64,000 nt of DNA, from positions 11,036,001-11,100,000 of the forward strand of contig CP075495.1 in the NCBI GenBank assembly GCA_021613535.1, given 5' to 3'. Both the position numbers and the translations under genes were made by a program. Under the pieces are notes generated by a model. The model did not search any database and was not told the origin of the DNA. It saw only the letters and a program-made list of their open reading frames with translations. Of the stretch, positions 28,546-43,802 are shown one piece after another. This DNA is from Adineta vaga (Eukaryota; Animalia; Rotifera). The first letter of the stretch is position 1; each line of letters starts with the position of its first letter.

Positions 28546-29976
28546 TTAAAAGAAAAAAGGAATACTTATATATCTTTTAAGGTTAACGCAAAAACGCACT
28601 CTGAAAGTATCTTACTCGATCATAATCTATATGTTTAGTTTCGATTAACGATACACGAAAAACTAATGTAATCAATATGAATCACGCTATTAGAAAGTCA
28701 ATTTTTCTAAAATAGTACGAAGTCTCGATTTCAAATGATGGAAAAATTATTCTATTTATTAAGATAAAAATATGATACACATATGCTGAGAAGTGAAGAA
28801 ATTGAAGGTGACTATAATCAACGGAAATTATTTCTTCTTTCTAGAAATTTTTTTTTCTTCTTCTCGTTTAGATTTACGTTGATAAAGAAAAACAAGCATG
28901 CTTTGACGATGTTTATTTCACAGGTTCTCCAACAATTTTTAATGACATATCAAAATACTGCACTATTCATTCTACGCATGATATATTTCAAACTTCATTT
29001 TATAAACGTCAGCTATCATTGTGCGTAATCATAACTGTTACTCATATTTCTACCTCTCCGAAAAATACACATAGACTCAAAATATCGGACTCTTATTTGG
29101 TTTTGTCATTACGAAACTTTTCCATAATAGATCTTGACCTCAGATCAAATTTCTTACCTAAATATCGTTTTTTGTCGTCGATTAGGTTCATTTGCATATG
29201 ACAATTGATATTTATCACGCTATGAAGTCAAATCTAACGTCTCTTTGGGATGTGTTATATTTTCGATGTATTATATAACAAATATATATCGAGCCCTCGA
29301 TGTAATTCATATTCACTCGTTATTCTTACTTATTTTGTCTGCCTTTGACCACATAACTAATATATCGTCGAATACAGAAAATAATAATAAAATTTTCCAC
29401 CATTTTCATCGTACTAGAAGAAAATCAAAGCTGTCTTCTCTCTTTGACGACATCGATACAAACCTCAAATTTCATTTCAGCCATAATAGTATTACTCGTT
29501 TTGATTAGATTAGAATTTTATAAACAAAATACCTTATTTGTTCTTATTGAAGCAAAGAAAAAGCAATCTGAAGAAGAAAAGCAAAGCATTGATAAATAAA
29601 GCACAAATATTTATTTGAATAATTGTTTTCTTGTTTTGTTATGTAATTAGAATTGAAAACGATTAAATTAAACATAAAACAGAAAAGAAAAGCAAGAAAA
29701 AGAGAGAAAAACACACGAAACAAAAATGAAATGCACTACTCATTTTTTTGTTGTATTCATTCTGACGAAAAGCAAAAATTCGAACCAAACAAAACTTTAA
29801 AAGCCATATCATCACAACAATAAATATGAAATCGGACGAAAAGAGATTTTGTTTTATAGTTGTTTGCGAAAAGAACGGAAACGACAAGAAAATTTTATAG
29901 AACAAAATGTAAATGAAAAAAAGAAAGAGCAATTCGTTTTTTGGCCCACTGTGCGTAGAAGGAATAAATAAAAATC

Positions 29977-32900
29977 TTATTTATAATTTTGAAGTAATTG
30001 AACAACATATTTTGAACTTATTTGCGAAAAATTTGATTTCAAATATTTTTGTCCACCATGTTTAAGCCATTCTTGTTCAAAATCACTTTCAAGAATTTCA
30101 GCACCTTTTTTCGATGTTAAACCTGTTTCATCTAAACCTAATTCACACATATTCATATCATCAACACCTGCAACAAGAAGTACTGCTTCTTTATTTGGAT
30201 GAATTTCCATTTGACGAGCAATCCATCTGTCTAAAAACAACGCAATACGACTTTGAAAAATCAATGAGAAAACTTTTCATAAATCCTACCATCGAAATGA
30301 GCATACCACCAGCCTTTCTTTTTTTGTTCGTTATTACTATCGCGATTTTGATCATTAGGACGAATGAATGGAATACGGAAATAACGTTGTTCAGGAGCTT
30401 TTCCACTACCAACTTTTTTTTGATTTGCACCTGTTGCTGCTGCCGCTGCTGGTGTTCCTCCAACTGGTCCAGGTCTTCTCGTTGCTGTAGTTGATGCTGA
30501 TGCGACACTTGTTGTCGAAGTTGGAACACCTATGAAAAGAAAATCAGAGATGAATTTATTTCTCTCGTTATATAGTCAACTTTCTTCTCAGTAATTGGTT
30601 AAAATATGTCTTCATTTAACTTACAATTAGCGAATAGATCTTTCGGTGCTCGTTCGTCATCTGCATCATCATCTACAGCTGATGGATTTTTTCCTTTTCG
30701 ATTTTTCGATTTCCATGCATGATATACTTTTAAACGTCGATGAAATTCTTCTTTACATGCTTCAAGTAATTCCATATCTAAACAAAATACTCAATTAATC
30801 AATTGATTTTCTTCTCGCAATCGTATTACCACAAGATGTATTGATAAAATCACGTAGTTGTGCATATGTATGTTTACTTAAATCATACTTGGAAGTAACA
30901 ATAGGACGACGTGTTCGTTGTAAATGAGGTAGGTCAGCTTCACCACCTGTTTCTAAAGCAAGACGTCGTGCAAGATCATAATCACGACGTTCGCGTTCAT
31001 TCATTTCAGCTAAACGTGCTTCTTCATCCGATTCTTTTGCTTGACGTTCTTTCTAAAGAGAAAGATAATCAATTCATTCTTTTTTTCTTGTATGTTTTCG
31101 CTCGATTAGCTTTACTTGACGTTTAGTTTCTTCAGCAGCCAATTTTCCTTTGAACTGTTCTTCTTCCTTTTGACGTTGTGCAATAGCTACACGTCTAAAT
31201 TTGAAGAGCAGTTTTATTGAATGTCCGAATAAAACGTACAAATAAGATTTACTGTCGAGATTCTTCCTTCTCTTCTTCTACACGTTTTTCTTCAGCAATT
31301 TTTTTCTTCTTTTCACTTTCAAGTTCCGTCTAAAAGAAGATGTCAGAATCGTTTTTTCTTTTTCAATCAAGAAGTTCTTTAGATTTTACTTGAATCTTTT
31401 TTAATCGTTCTTCTTCTTCTTTGATTTCTTGTTCAGCAAGAACTTGTTTCAATCGACGAAATTCTCGGTCAATTGAAGTGACAAGATCACTATATGCATT
31501 ATCAATTTGTGCCCCTGTTATAGATGTATTCTAAATCAAATTTTAAGTTTATTATTCCTATCTTCATTCAATACATGTATTCATCCTATGTAGATTTTAA
31601 ACATACTTTTATTTCATTGATCAACTGATCGATTCGTTGACTTAATTGTTTAACTGGTTTTAAAACTAGTTCTTTATTAATTTTCATTTGTCCAACAATT
31701 TTTTCCATATCTGCAACTTGTTCATGTAAAGCTTTGACTTTAACCAAACCGCGAATTCTAAAAATAAGAATAAAACTGTTTATTGAGAAGAAAAAAAAGC
31801 TTCGTTCTACCGTGGTGCATAACGTTTATAAACTAAACGCATACGAACATGACTTTGAATATCGATTAAACATTGACGTCGATAGAGAATCTTATTTTTA
31901 ACTAAATAAATACAGAAAGAAATTGTTCAAACAAACGTTTTATTTTGCTAATTCATTTTTACGTTTAATAACTGCTAAAACACACCATTGTGCTTTTTTC
32001 CATCGTGTCCAAAGAAGCCATTTTTTAACCTTTGCTATAAGAATTGCTAAATTTTTCGGATCCGATTTCATGATTTCATCAAATTCAGCAAATTTTCCCG
32101 GACGAAAAAATACTTTTGTTAAACCAAATTTAAAATCTGTATCGCGAAGATTCAAAGCTTTGAATAAAGCTTTACAAAAAAGTCGTGGATCAAGTCGAGC
32201 TAATTCTTTTGGTAGATATGATTTATACATAGCATATAATTCAGCAAATGGTGTACGAGATGGAAAACCTTGTTGCATTAAATCTAACACTGATACCATT
32301 CCTATTGCGCAAGAAGAACAAAGATGTTTTTAATGAAATAAAGAAAACAGTGTAGAAGATTTTCTTCTATCTTACCACTACATTGTAATTGACTTAGAAT
32401 TTGTCCACCTTCGAATAGATTTGGAACCATACGGAGATTCGGTTTAATACAACGAATGAAACTTATTCCCTATAAGAAAGAACAGATTTTTAATTAACAA
32501 AGTATACTATTGCAATTCTTGTGTCAATAAACTTTGATTTTATTTAGATTGATTTCTACTACTTACAGTACTTCGTAATTTATTCATCAAATCAGCTAAT
32601 TGTGAACGAAATTTCGAACCGACAGATAAAAAATTTAACCTTCCTGCCGATTGTTCACGTTCAGGTATTTTTGGAAATAAATTTTTAATGAACGTATTTT
32701 TACATTCTTGAATAAGAATTAAAAGTGATGCATGTAATGAATCATTATTTTTCTCAATAAATTGTGCCTACAAAAAGAGAAACATTCATAAATCTGTTCT
32801 GTATTTAACAAAAATCATACAGTCGAATAAACCACACCACCAGCAAAATGTTGAATTAAAAACCCTTCATCATCACGTGCTTCACGTGATACACGTAATT

Positions 32901-35900
32901 TCGATTTTCTTGGAAACTAATGAAAAAATTGGATAATTATCGAAAGAAAACTGTTCTAACTATTGCTTACATCAAGTCTCGGATGACCTTTATTACGATT
33001 ATGAACTTCCATCGTAAAATGTTCAGGTCGTGGTGTTGGCAATTTACTTTCTTCATCTAATAGATCGAAACAACCTGTTGTTTTTGCTTCGATCAAATCT
33101 AAATATATGATTAGAAGATTAAGATAAATCAACGAAAAAAAGATTCATCAACAAATGGAACAAACATTATCATTTATCATGCAAATAAAACAAAGCTGGA
33201 GGAAGATTCATGCTGACTTCCAAACTTTTTTTATAGACATGTGATTATTGCCATTGGATAAATAGAAGCAAAGAGCAAAAACACAATATGTTATACTGAA
33301 GTGAATCGGATTGAAGGGAAACGAATATAAAGTTGTATGATAGTGGAAACATTTTAGTGTAAATTAGAAGATGAATTCTCGAGTACCCTTTAGTTTTAAA
33401 TGAATTCATATAATTTCCGATTAAATCTCTGGCAAAGTTGCTCTCAACTCTATAGAAGTAGTCTGTTTTCTTTTTATCATGGGCATGCAAAACACACAGA
33501 TAAACACATACACACACACACACACGAATGTAGTTAAAAAAAAAGGTAAACATTGGCCCCTACCAAGCTCCTGTTTAATTGAAAAGAGAGAATGAAGATA
33601 AAAGACAATAATGAGAAAGAAGAATAGCTCATTGACATACCGATACAATCTTGATTATCAATATAATTGATTTTCTTTAAACCAAGACCTTCTTTATCAT
33701 ATAATAATTGTTCTTCTTTAAGAATACGTTCATTGAAAAATTGTTGTAATTTTTCATTACAATAACTAAATAATATATTTTAGAAAAGAAGTAGATGATG
33801 TTGTTATCAAATAAACCTACTTTATACAAAATTGTTCAAATGAATTTACTGGAAAATATTCAAAACCAGCAATATCAAGTATACCAATGTATGATGTTGA
33901 TGAACTAAATGGAATGGATTTATTGACAAAACTAACAATTTGATCAAACAATCGAACATAAATTGCTTTTGCTAATGCATCACGTGCATTTTGTGCTTCA
34001 TGAACTTTCAATGGAACTCTTCAACAAAAGGAAATGTCATTAGTATGAAAAGAAAGTAAAATGATCATTTCACATACGGTATAACAGTTCCTTTACTACT
34101 ACTTGTAGTCTTTGTCATTAAAATTCGTGTAATCAATGCATTACGTAAATCTCTTTGATCCAAACCAAGCATTTCACCTGTAATTGTTAGTGATTGTTCT
34201 GTTGTTCTTGTTACTTTACAACCACCTTTAGTACTCTCTGGATCATCTTCAAAATTAATATTTCCAAGATGTAAAACAGCAGCAACAGTACTATAGATAT
34301 TCAATTTTTCTTGTTCAGTTAAACCCATTTGAGTCATTGATTGATCGCATTCATTAAAATCATTAACATCATCTAATTGTGGATCTCGTAATGCTCCTTT
34401 TGATATAAACTAAAGATGAATAATTCAATGAAATTAAATAAAATAATATTCCAAAATGAAAGAAGAAGAAGAAGGAGAAAAACAACAATATCAAAACTCA
34501 AAGAGAAAGCAACGGAAAATCCTTACATCAAGAAAATCTTTCTATCCAAAACAAAGAATTTTCATTTATTGTGTGTATATCTTTTTTTTTCATTCTCAAA
34601 ATTAACTCTAAACTTACATCTTGACTTCGACGCTGTTTTGATAAAGTTTTTTCTGTTTGATTATTACAAAAATATTGTGTGCAACCACGATTTAAATACT
34701 ATAATGAAGAATAAAATCAAACTTTGTCTTATTCTTTTCGATACATACATGAAAACTATCTGGTGATGTCAATCGTAATGAACTTCGAATATTTTCTGGT
34801 GCACCAGCACATAAACGATAGAAGATATGATAGTTTCGTTCATCTTTGGATTGTACACATATACGAGATTTTTCTAGTAGATAATGCGATATATAACCAC
34901 CAACAACATGATTCTACAATGAATAATATTTCCAGAAAATGATTAGATTATTAGTTCTTTGAGTGATTACCTTTTCATTAAAATGAACTTCAATAAATTT
35001 CCCAAATCGACTGGAATTATTATTCCGAGTTGTTTTAGCTGAGAAGAGAAAAAAAAGGAGATCATTCAACAAAAATTCGCTTTTAATTACCATTGCCAAA
35101 TGCTTCCAACAATGGATTAGCTAAATAGAAGATAAAAGATTTCGATCAACAATAAAAGAAACGTATGTAATTGAATCTATGTTTACATTTATTGATACGA
35201 TCTTCAATTTGACCATTCTGTGCACCGTATGATTCAGTTAAAAATTGTAAAACATATTTAGCCGATTCAGTTTTACCTATATATATATATACATGTTTAG
35301 AATTTAGATTCATAGACGGAAAGTTTTTTCAACAAACCAGCTCCTGATTCGCCTGATACGATTATCGATTGACTTTTTTTAACAGTACGCATATCTCGAT
35401 AGGCTTTGTCACCTAGAAGAAGAAAAAAAAGCAGATCTTCATCATTGAAACTGAAAATTCAGTTCTTGATTGATAGGTATTGAGAGAGAGTTATTAAGTA
35501 GTACATCGATTATGTGTTGACAATGTACAAACAGAAAAAATCTCATCCATCAATTTCTATTGATCAAATAGAGAAAAGGAGAAAATATATTTTTTTTAAT
35601 TTTCACCAAGATTTTCCACAATCTTCTCTAGTAATTTAAATATAAGTTGTTCGATCGATCAATTAAAGATTAACTCGATAAGAGATATTCGATTTCAACC
35701 TACACAGAATTCTTTCCAACATTCCATGAGTCATAATTTCAATATTCTTATCTTTATTTTCTTCTACAAACAAATCTCAAAGAATTCTTACCAATTGCAT
35801 AAACATGCGGTGGCATAGTTCCCAATGATTTGCCATTATATCGTTTAATTGTATCATTAGAATAGAGACCAGGCAATTCTTTATATGGATTAATCGCTAT

Positions 35901-36373
35901 TAAAATATTTGCTACATAAGTCTAAAAGATAAAAATTCAATGATCGATTCAAATTCATTTGCTTGTTTTTTTTTGTCATACATAAATAAAATCTTTTTTA
36001 TAACGACGGCGAACATTATTCAATAGAGTCGCTTCATTGAGATACATCAATGCACCTGAAATAGAAATGAAATTAAAATGTAAGAGAGTTTTCAATTGAA
36101 TTTATTCAACGAACAATTATCATCAACATCTTTATCATATTCTTCTGCTTGATATACCGAATCATATGGTATAACTGTTGTCTAAAAGCAAAAAAAAGCA
36201 CACACACAAATATCAGTACAATAAATCTAAATTCATCAGCGTCTACTCACTTTTCTAGTATCAACTAACTGTACGGTAAGACTATCTGAACCAATATCAC
36301 TTATTTTTCCAAGTAAAAAGCCATGTTCATTATCACGTACCCAAATTGGTTTATTACCATTGAGTGCAGACAT
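29977..36373 (-). CDS. MYO6: Unconventional myosin VI, multi-exon
   Basis: GESGAGKT P-loop, [17 protein letters not shown], insert-1 [21 protein letters not shown], charged SAH region, [31 protein letters not shown] (RRL), [10 protein letters not shown] (WWY), [10 protein letters not shown]. Confidence 0.96.
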
Positions 36374-36803
36374 GTCGGGACGTTGTGAAATAGCTACAAT
36401 TTTAACTCTACTGTGAAATATCTACAATGTATATATCTATATATTGAATGTCGAAGTAAGAAGAGAAGTAAATATTGATCGAACGAGAGTAAAACACGCC
36501 CGATAGATATCTGAGTAAACATCTCATCATTAGACATTTTTTTCTAATCGTGACACTTATAAATAGATCTGATTGGATAAGATGATTAAACCAATCAATG
36601 AAAATTAGCGTGGAAATAAATCATTTGGAAACTATTTTTAAACAAGAATCGATTTCATAGTGATTTTTTGTATTTTTATTAAAATTTCATTGAGAAATAC
36701 TAGATCAAGATATTGCCATTGATTGTAGCGCTGAATGAAATTGAATATTCTATATTTAAATAATCTCTCTGTCTTTTTTTTTCTTTGGCATAATTGATTT
36801 TTA
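36374..36803. promoter_or_regulatory. Probable bidirectional promoter between MYO6 and SLC41
   Basis: Head-to-head ATGs are 430 bp apart. TATAAATA at 36558-36565 and an inverted CCAAT pair TGATTGG...CCAATCA at 36570-36597. Confidence 0.5.
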
Positions 36804-38991
36804 ATGATGCATGAATCGCCGGCAGCTGCCAATGAAAAAGGTATTTTCATTTCTATTTAATAGAAAAATAATTATATAAATTTATCAAATGAAAGAGTTT
36901 CAATGCCGCACCATTCGTTTTTTGATAATACAACATTGAAGACGATGATTTCTATTTGCTTGAAATATTTCTAAATGATATATAAAAAGGAAATGGAAAG
37001 GAATAAATTATCTTATTTTCTATAGAGAATTCTGATCAAAATGATAAAACAATAGTACCTATATATAATAATACGAATAGTAATAAAAATAATCATCAAG
37101 AACAATGGTATACAGTTGTCAGTCAAGTTTTTCTTCCATTTATGATTGCCGGATTTGGTATGGTGGCAGCCGGTCTTCTATTTGAACGCGTCAAGGTATT
37201 TATAATTAATCTAACAAAAACTTTCCGATATATAATATGGAATACGTACATGACTGAAATTGATATTTCCATGAAGAATGTAGAGGGAAGTCTATGAAAT
37301 GAAAAAATGTCATAGTTTATAGAAGTACAACAAGGAAACTCATTTGTTTTTTTTGGTTATAATCTTCTGAAAAATAGAATATATATATATATATAGAAAT
37401 TTTATTTAGGAGCTGGCGTTATTCAAACAAATAACAGAAATTTATATACTTGTTCCAGCTTTACTTGGTCTAAAAGGCAATTTAGAAATGACTTTAGCTT
37501 CTCGTTTATCAACACAAGTATTTTCTTTGAATTGTAATTGAAATAGAAAGAATTAGAGTTTATTTAATCAATAGGCAAATATTGGTAATATGGACAAACG
37601 AAATGAATTGAAGAGTATGATTATTGGTAATATAATTTTAATTCAATTACAAGCTATTGTTGTCGGCTTTCTTGCTGCTATTGTTTCAATTTTAATGGGT
37701 TGGATACCACAAGGTCAATTTAATCTTCGACATGCTCTTGTTCTATGTAGTAGTAGTGTTTCAACGGCATCCATTACTTCATTAGCGTTAGGTATAAATA
37801 CATAAAATATTCTTTTCAATTGAAAAATCATAGACGAATTCTTACACATTCAGGTATTGTTATGATCATTGTGATTGTTCTATCTCATAAATGTCAAATC
37901 AATCCAGATAATATTGCAACACCAATAGCAGCATCATTAGGTGATTTAACTACATTGAGTATTTTAGCTAGTATTGGTGGCTTTTTATTTCGAATAATTG
38001 GTAAAAGAAGGATTCATTCTAGACTATAATTTATCTTTGAAAATATTTAGATAATTATGCATGGTTACCAATGATAATAACAGTTTTCTTTTTGATTCTA
38101 ATTCCTATTTGGATTATAATTACTAGACGAAATGAATATGTTAAAGATGTTTTAATTCACGGATGGTATATTGAATTGATTATTTTTCTCTTCTAATAAG
38201 AGTACGTTTTGTAGGTCTCCAGTTATCGCTGCTATGTTTATTTCAAGGTAGAAGAAGCTTGATTAGATGATTTTTCTTTTGCAAAAGTATTTGATTTAGT
38301 GCTGGTGGTTTAATTCTTGATTTTGCTGTTCAAACACTTCGTGGTGTAGCCGTTTTTCAACCAGTTATGAATGGTAATTGATTCTAATTTGTCTTTATCA
38401 AAAATAAATTGTCTCATTTTGTCAAATAGGTGTCGGTGGTAATATTGTTGCTGTACAAGCAAGTCGATTATCTACTGCATTACATCAACAAGGTAAACCA
38501 GGAGAATATCGAAATAAAGATGAACATTTGACTGCAACAACATGTCCAAATCTGTATAAAGTATTTTGCTCAAAAGGTATGAAGACTTTTTTTAATTCAC
38601 TTAAAGAAAATTTATTCTTATTGTTTTAGAAACCAATTCTTCAACAACACGAGCATTATTATTGATGTGTATACCAGGTCATTTAATATTTGTTTTTATG
38701 ATTTGGCAACTTACTGCTGATCATATTCAATTAACATTTTCATTTGTTATTCTTTATCTAATGGCTACATTGATTCAAGTAGAGTATACATTTATTTATT
38801 TACTTATAAGATTACAGTCGTGAAAGTAATTGATTTAGATTACAATTCTTCTCTATATTGCTCAATGGATGATAGCTTTTGTCTGGCGACAAGAACGAGA
38901 TCCAGATAATGTTTGTATACCTTATTTAACAGCCATTGGTGATCTACTTGGTACTGGTCTTTTAACATGTGTCTTTTTAATTCTTTCGTGA
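36804..38991 (+). CDS. SLC41 family (MgtE-like) magnesium transporter, multi-exon
   Basis: [94 protein letters not shown]. The start exon is less certain. Confidence 0.92.
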
Positions 38992-39398
38992 TAACCGGTT
39001 ATTATGCATACATTTATTTCTATAGATTGTGATGAGTTAGTTTTATTTATTCATTTATGATGGAATTGATTAAAATTTACAGATTGAATGAAAAAGTAGT
39101 CCGATGTCGGTATTCTTGAAACTTGTATGTTGCAATCAGATTCTTGAAGATGCAAGATGTCTGCTATAGATATGATTATCTTACACTATATGACAAAGTC
39201 TACAATCTATTCAAAAAGAATGTGCTATGAATTCATTGATTGAGAGAGTTTCATGAAAAAAAGAAAATGAGGCTTATTTAAAATCTATTTTAAAAGATAC
39301 TCTAATGTTCTTTGTTAGATAAGGACATCTGATTTTAACTAGAGAATGTATGTTAGAAATACGCGTGATTTCAACTTAGATTGTCTTTCAAGAAATAT

Positions 39399-40596
39399 TT
39401 ATAGAGTTCGGGGTAATTGTGAGCGTTGAAGAGAGACAGGATTAACTTGTCTTTGTCGTCGTTGACAAATGAGTAAGATTCGTCGTGCATTCATTTTCCA
39501 TACTTTGACAAAACGACGATCGAATAAAGTAATGACTAAGACATCAAATAGTATTGCCATCATATCTAGAATTTTTGTAATTAAACGTTGTGATGCTGAT
39601 GAAGTAATTGAAAGAAGAAAAATAATTTGTGGAAGAAAAAATAATAACCAAATCGTATATAAAACAATGAACTGAATGATTAAATGTCGATGAATACGAC
39701 GAACAGATTGAACCGCATTTTGAGAAGCTTGAACATGTCGAATAATAATTATAATTACAGGTATATTGATTAAAGTTGGGATAATAATTAGAAAAAATAT
39801 ATTGACAAATTGGTCAATAAATGCAGAATATTCAACATCACATGAGATACCATCGATAATGACGAGTTTCGCTCGAGAAAAGATGTATTGCATTATAAAA
39901 ATACTTAATGGCAATGAATAAATACATAAATGAATGATAATTAAATAAAGAATAGAACTTTTGAGGATTTTTTTCTTTTTAACAATCAATCGATACCTAA
40001 AATAGATAAGATACGAATAATTTTCTCTTAAAAACATCTAGGATTAAGCTTCTCGTCTGATACAATATAAATTTGAAGAACTAATTACTAAAAAGATTTA
40101 AATCGGCTTTGTCTGAAATTCGAATTACTAAAAGTACTGACTTCTTATCTACTTTTTGAATTCATTATTAAAAAAAATATATCTAATTTGAGCTTCTCTC
40201 TTATTTGCTTTAATTGAACAAAACAAAACAAAGATCGTTTATTTCTTTAATATATTACCTATAAATATTTGTAAGAATCAATGCAAATGATTGTACCATT
40301 GTTGTAAAATTATTTGTATATGCTTCCAATGTACATAAGATATTAAATCCTAGTGAACTTACATTCCAAACTGTTGAATGACGTGTTATATATTCTAATA
40401 AAATTTGACATAGTGAGATCATATCAAGTATCAGATAATTATAAATCCATAGTAATGATGCATCATGAAGAGTTTTGAATGTACAAACTTGAATCCAAAA
40501 TAAAATATGTAATATAAATGTTGGTAATAATAAAATTAAGCAAATGGTATTAGAATAAGATTCTTCAGGAGTCCATGATATAGATCGATTAGACAT
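39399..40596 (-). CDS. Divergent rhodopsin-like orphan GPCR, 2 exons (intron 39997-40258)
   Basis: Seven hydrophobic segments, N-terminal NRS sequon, TM3 Cys (ILCTLEAY), YRY at the DRY position, FFLPQII in TM6 and DRRFVKVW helix 8. Confidence 0.78.
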
Positions 40597-42505
40597 GTTA
40601 TATGTAACGTGTCGAATTCAATATCAAAATGTTTAGTATGAATGTCAAATAATATATCTATAGATAAAGTGTGGTTGATTCTTTTTTTGAGAAACTTAAT
40701 AAGCTGAAAAAAACAAGAAGTTTTGTAGCGCAGTTCTCTTTGTTTTAATGATGAGAATTTAAATGTTACTTTAGATACGTTCTTGTGGGTATAGTAAGTT
40801 TTTCTCACTTGTTGTATATAAACATAGGTTTAACAGCGAATTGAAATCTAGATATACATGAAGTTGAAGTAGATGGAATTTAATTAAACGATGATCTCGC
40901 TCAAAAGATTCTATACTTTGAGCGTAAAATAACGGAAGACAAACTTAAACAATATGGCATGTAGTCGCAGAATGATAAATGATTATTTTAGAATCTTAAT
41001 TAGATTTTTTCTTGCTTGCAGTGACTGTGAATATTAAAACACGTGAGGAGTTGTGTAGGATGATAGAGTTTTGACATAATAATCTTCTTTAATCAAGCAA
41101 AGTTCTTAGGAATTTATTCAAACATAAAAACAATCATATGTTTATAAAATAAAATAAAATTTAAATGAAAACTAATTATAATAGAGACTATTGAATAAGA
41201 TACGTACGATGTAATTTTATTATCATTACAGACAATGATAGTTTTGATCTAAATTTCATGAAATATTAAAAGAAGATTTGTTACAAATGAATTCCTTTTG
41301 ATCGAATGGTTTTTCTTAACAGAATATTGATCAAATGGAAACGATAAAATATAGTATTATTTAAAAGAAACTTCATAGCCAATTGTTCATTTATATTTTC
41401 GACCACACAATCAATATTATTATGAAAAAAAAACCTTTTTATTATCTGGATTTCAAACAACTGTAAATTATCAAGATTTTGTATGATTTCATTTTCGAGA
41501 AAAAAAAACCCGAAATATATCGATGTATTGACGACTAAGAAAAAAAGGCCACCTTTTCTCTCATTAAATTTCGTGCCAAAAAAACACTTTTAATTACAAT
41601 AGATCAGACATAGAATACAAAATCAATAACATATTTATTCACTGCCTTTTGTCAGATAATATATATTTGACATCGTAACAAATTTCTTAACCTTTCTCTT
41701 TCTCGTTTGGCACTATAGTGAATAGTGTACGATGGCTTGCGATCTGTCATACTACCGTACAAACGAAAAATATTCGAAGACAGAATGAAAAGAAAGAAGA
41801 AAAAAGGAAGCGAATTCTACCGATAGTTCGTTCTGTCTTTTTTTTATGTTCTGTGTCACAATATAAATATGAGTTCATTCAATTCTCATCCTACATAGTG
41901 CACTGTCATGTTTGTCGATTTTACCTGTATTTATATTTGAAAAGAATAAGATGTTGGCTGTTTTTTTTTCTCTCTAAAACTTATTATTTGCAAAAAGTAA
42001 TAAACTATTAGACATCATTTTCTACTTTTTCAATCATTTATCGATCAATTCAACGATTTATTACTCTATCAACAAATTGACGAAAAAAAGAACACAAACA
42101 GTGAGTTATTCAATTCATATTGTTTGAATTATCGATAATCTGTGAAGATATTCTTGTGAATATGAAAGTTTATTTTACAATAATTTGATCAGTATCGTTT
42201 TTTCCTGATTAGAACGAGAAGCACTAAACCAATCGGAATTTTTTTAAACTGAAATCCTATATTTATGTATGATGAAAGATAAAATGGCAAGCAAGACATA
42301 TTTTTTCGGTCTCTCCTTTTGATATAAAATTGTCATTTCGAATGTAATAAGAGTGAATTAAATTGTAGTCGTATTTCAATATTAAATATTATTTATATGT
42401 TAAATTATATTTGAATTTCAGGTGGTTTTTTCTCAAGTAACTTATGATAATAACCGGCAACGAATTCTATTGCAATTTTATGGTGTTATTAATGAAATCT
42501 TCTCG

Positions 42506-43802
42506 ATGGGCCGATCCCAACGACTTTATATAAATATATTAATCGGCTTTTTTATTTGGCTGTTGATTTTTGTTGCTCAAAATTTATATTTTTCATCGCA
42601 TTCATTTCATCATCAGCAGTGTTGGTTTTCATCATGTAGGAATCGTTCATCATCGTCATCTCAATCATTTAGAAATCTATTGAAAACTCGAACTGTAGAT
42701 GAGAATTCTCTTCTAACACGTATTCATCATCAACCTCTTCTACAACAATATGAATCTCGTCATGTAAATTTCCTTCGATTAATTAAACCATTAACAAAAC
42801 CTAATAAATATCTCATTTATACATGTAATCAACCATGTGGAGGTTGGGGTGATCGAACAAGAAAAATAGTCGGTGCTTATCTATTATCTTTAGCTTTAAA
42901 TCGTACATTTCTTATTAATATGACATGGCCTTGTTCAATAACAAATCTTTTAGAACCAAATTTTATTCCATGGAATCGTACATTAAAAAATCATTTGAAA
43001 CAAACAAATTTAACTATTTATAAATTAACTGCAACTGATAAAGATTATATCGATATTTTATCATGGAATAATATTGATATTATCTATTTTCAAGTCAAAG
43101 ATTTAGCCTATTATTCCATGTTATTATGGCGTGATGATTTCTATCGTATACTTCATGTACAATATGGTTTACATCGTTCATATCTATTTCTTCATAATAT
43201 ATTTACATTAGTTTATGAATTATTATTCAAACTTAAATCACATCCATTATCGCATTTTAATGATATATCAAAACAATTTCATTCGAATTCTCTACATTGT
43301 GCTCATATACGTATTGGAAGGAATCCATCGAATCCGAATGATATTATTTTTCCTAAACGTGAACGAATGAATACAACTGTTATTGGATTTCTAAAGAATC
43401 ATTCGAAATCGCATGAAATGATATTTGTATCGACAGATTCAGAAGATGTACAAATCTATGCAAGAAAACAATTCTCATCACGTTTATTAACAGTTGATGG
43501 TCTTATTCGACATATAGACCGTTCGGGAAAAAAATTTGCATGTGATGGATTAGAAAAAACGATTTTAGATTTCTATCTGATTTCACAATGTCATACCATG
43601 ATTATGAGTAAAAGTGCTTTTAGGTACGTAGAATACAATGTCGAATTTTCTTTTCTCTAAATTGTTTTTTTCTTTCATATTTAGTTTTTGGGCAAATATG
43701 CGTCGATTAAAACCTTATGAAAATTTGTATATATATTGTGATGGAATTAAACAAATTCGTGGTCCAAGTGATTATGATCGATATCCTTATGGTCAATGTT
43801 GA
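42506..43802 (+). CDS. Type II membrane fucosyltransferase-like protein (GT-B fold, FUT8/NodZ/POFUT superfamily), 2 coding exons
   Basis: N-terminal signal anchor; CGGWGDR, CAHIRIG (motif I), IFVSTDS (motif II), ILDFYLISQC...SKSAFS (motif III). An upstream exon is possible (acceptor at 42421). Confidence 0.75.

Noticed and set aside
28783-29932. Several 60-90 aa Phe/Ile/Leu-rich ORFs
   Set aside because: Expected by chance in AT-rich DNA and in the MYO6 3'UTR; mostly non-ATG starts or low complexity.
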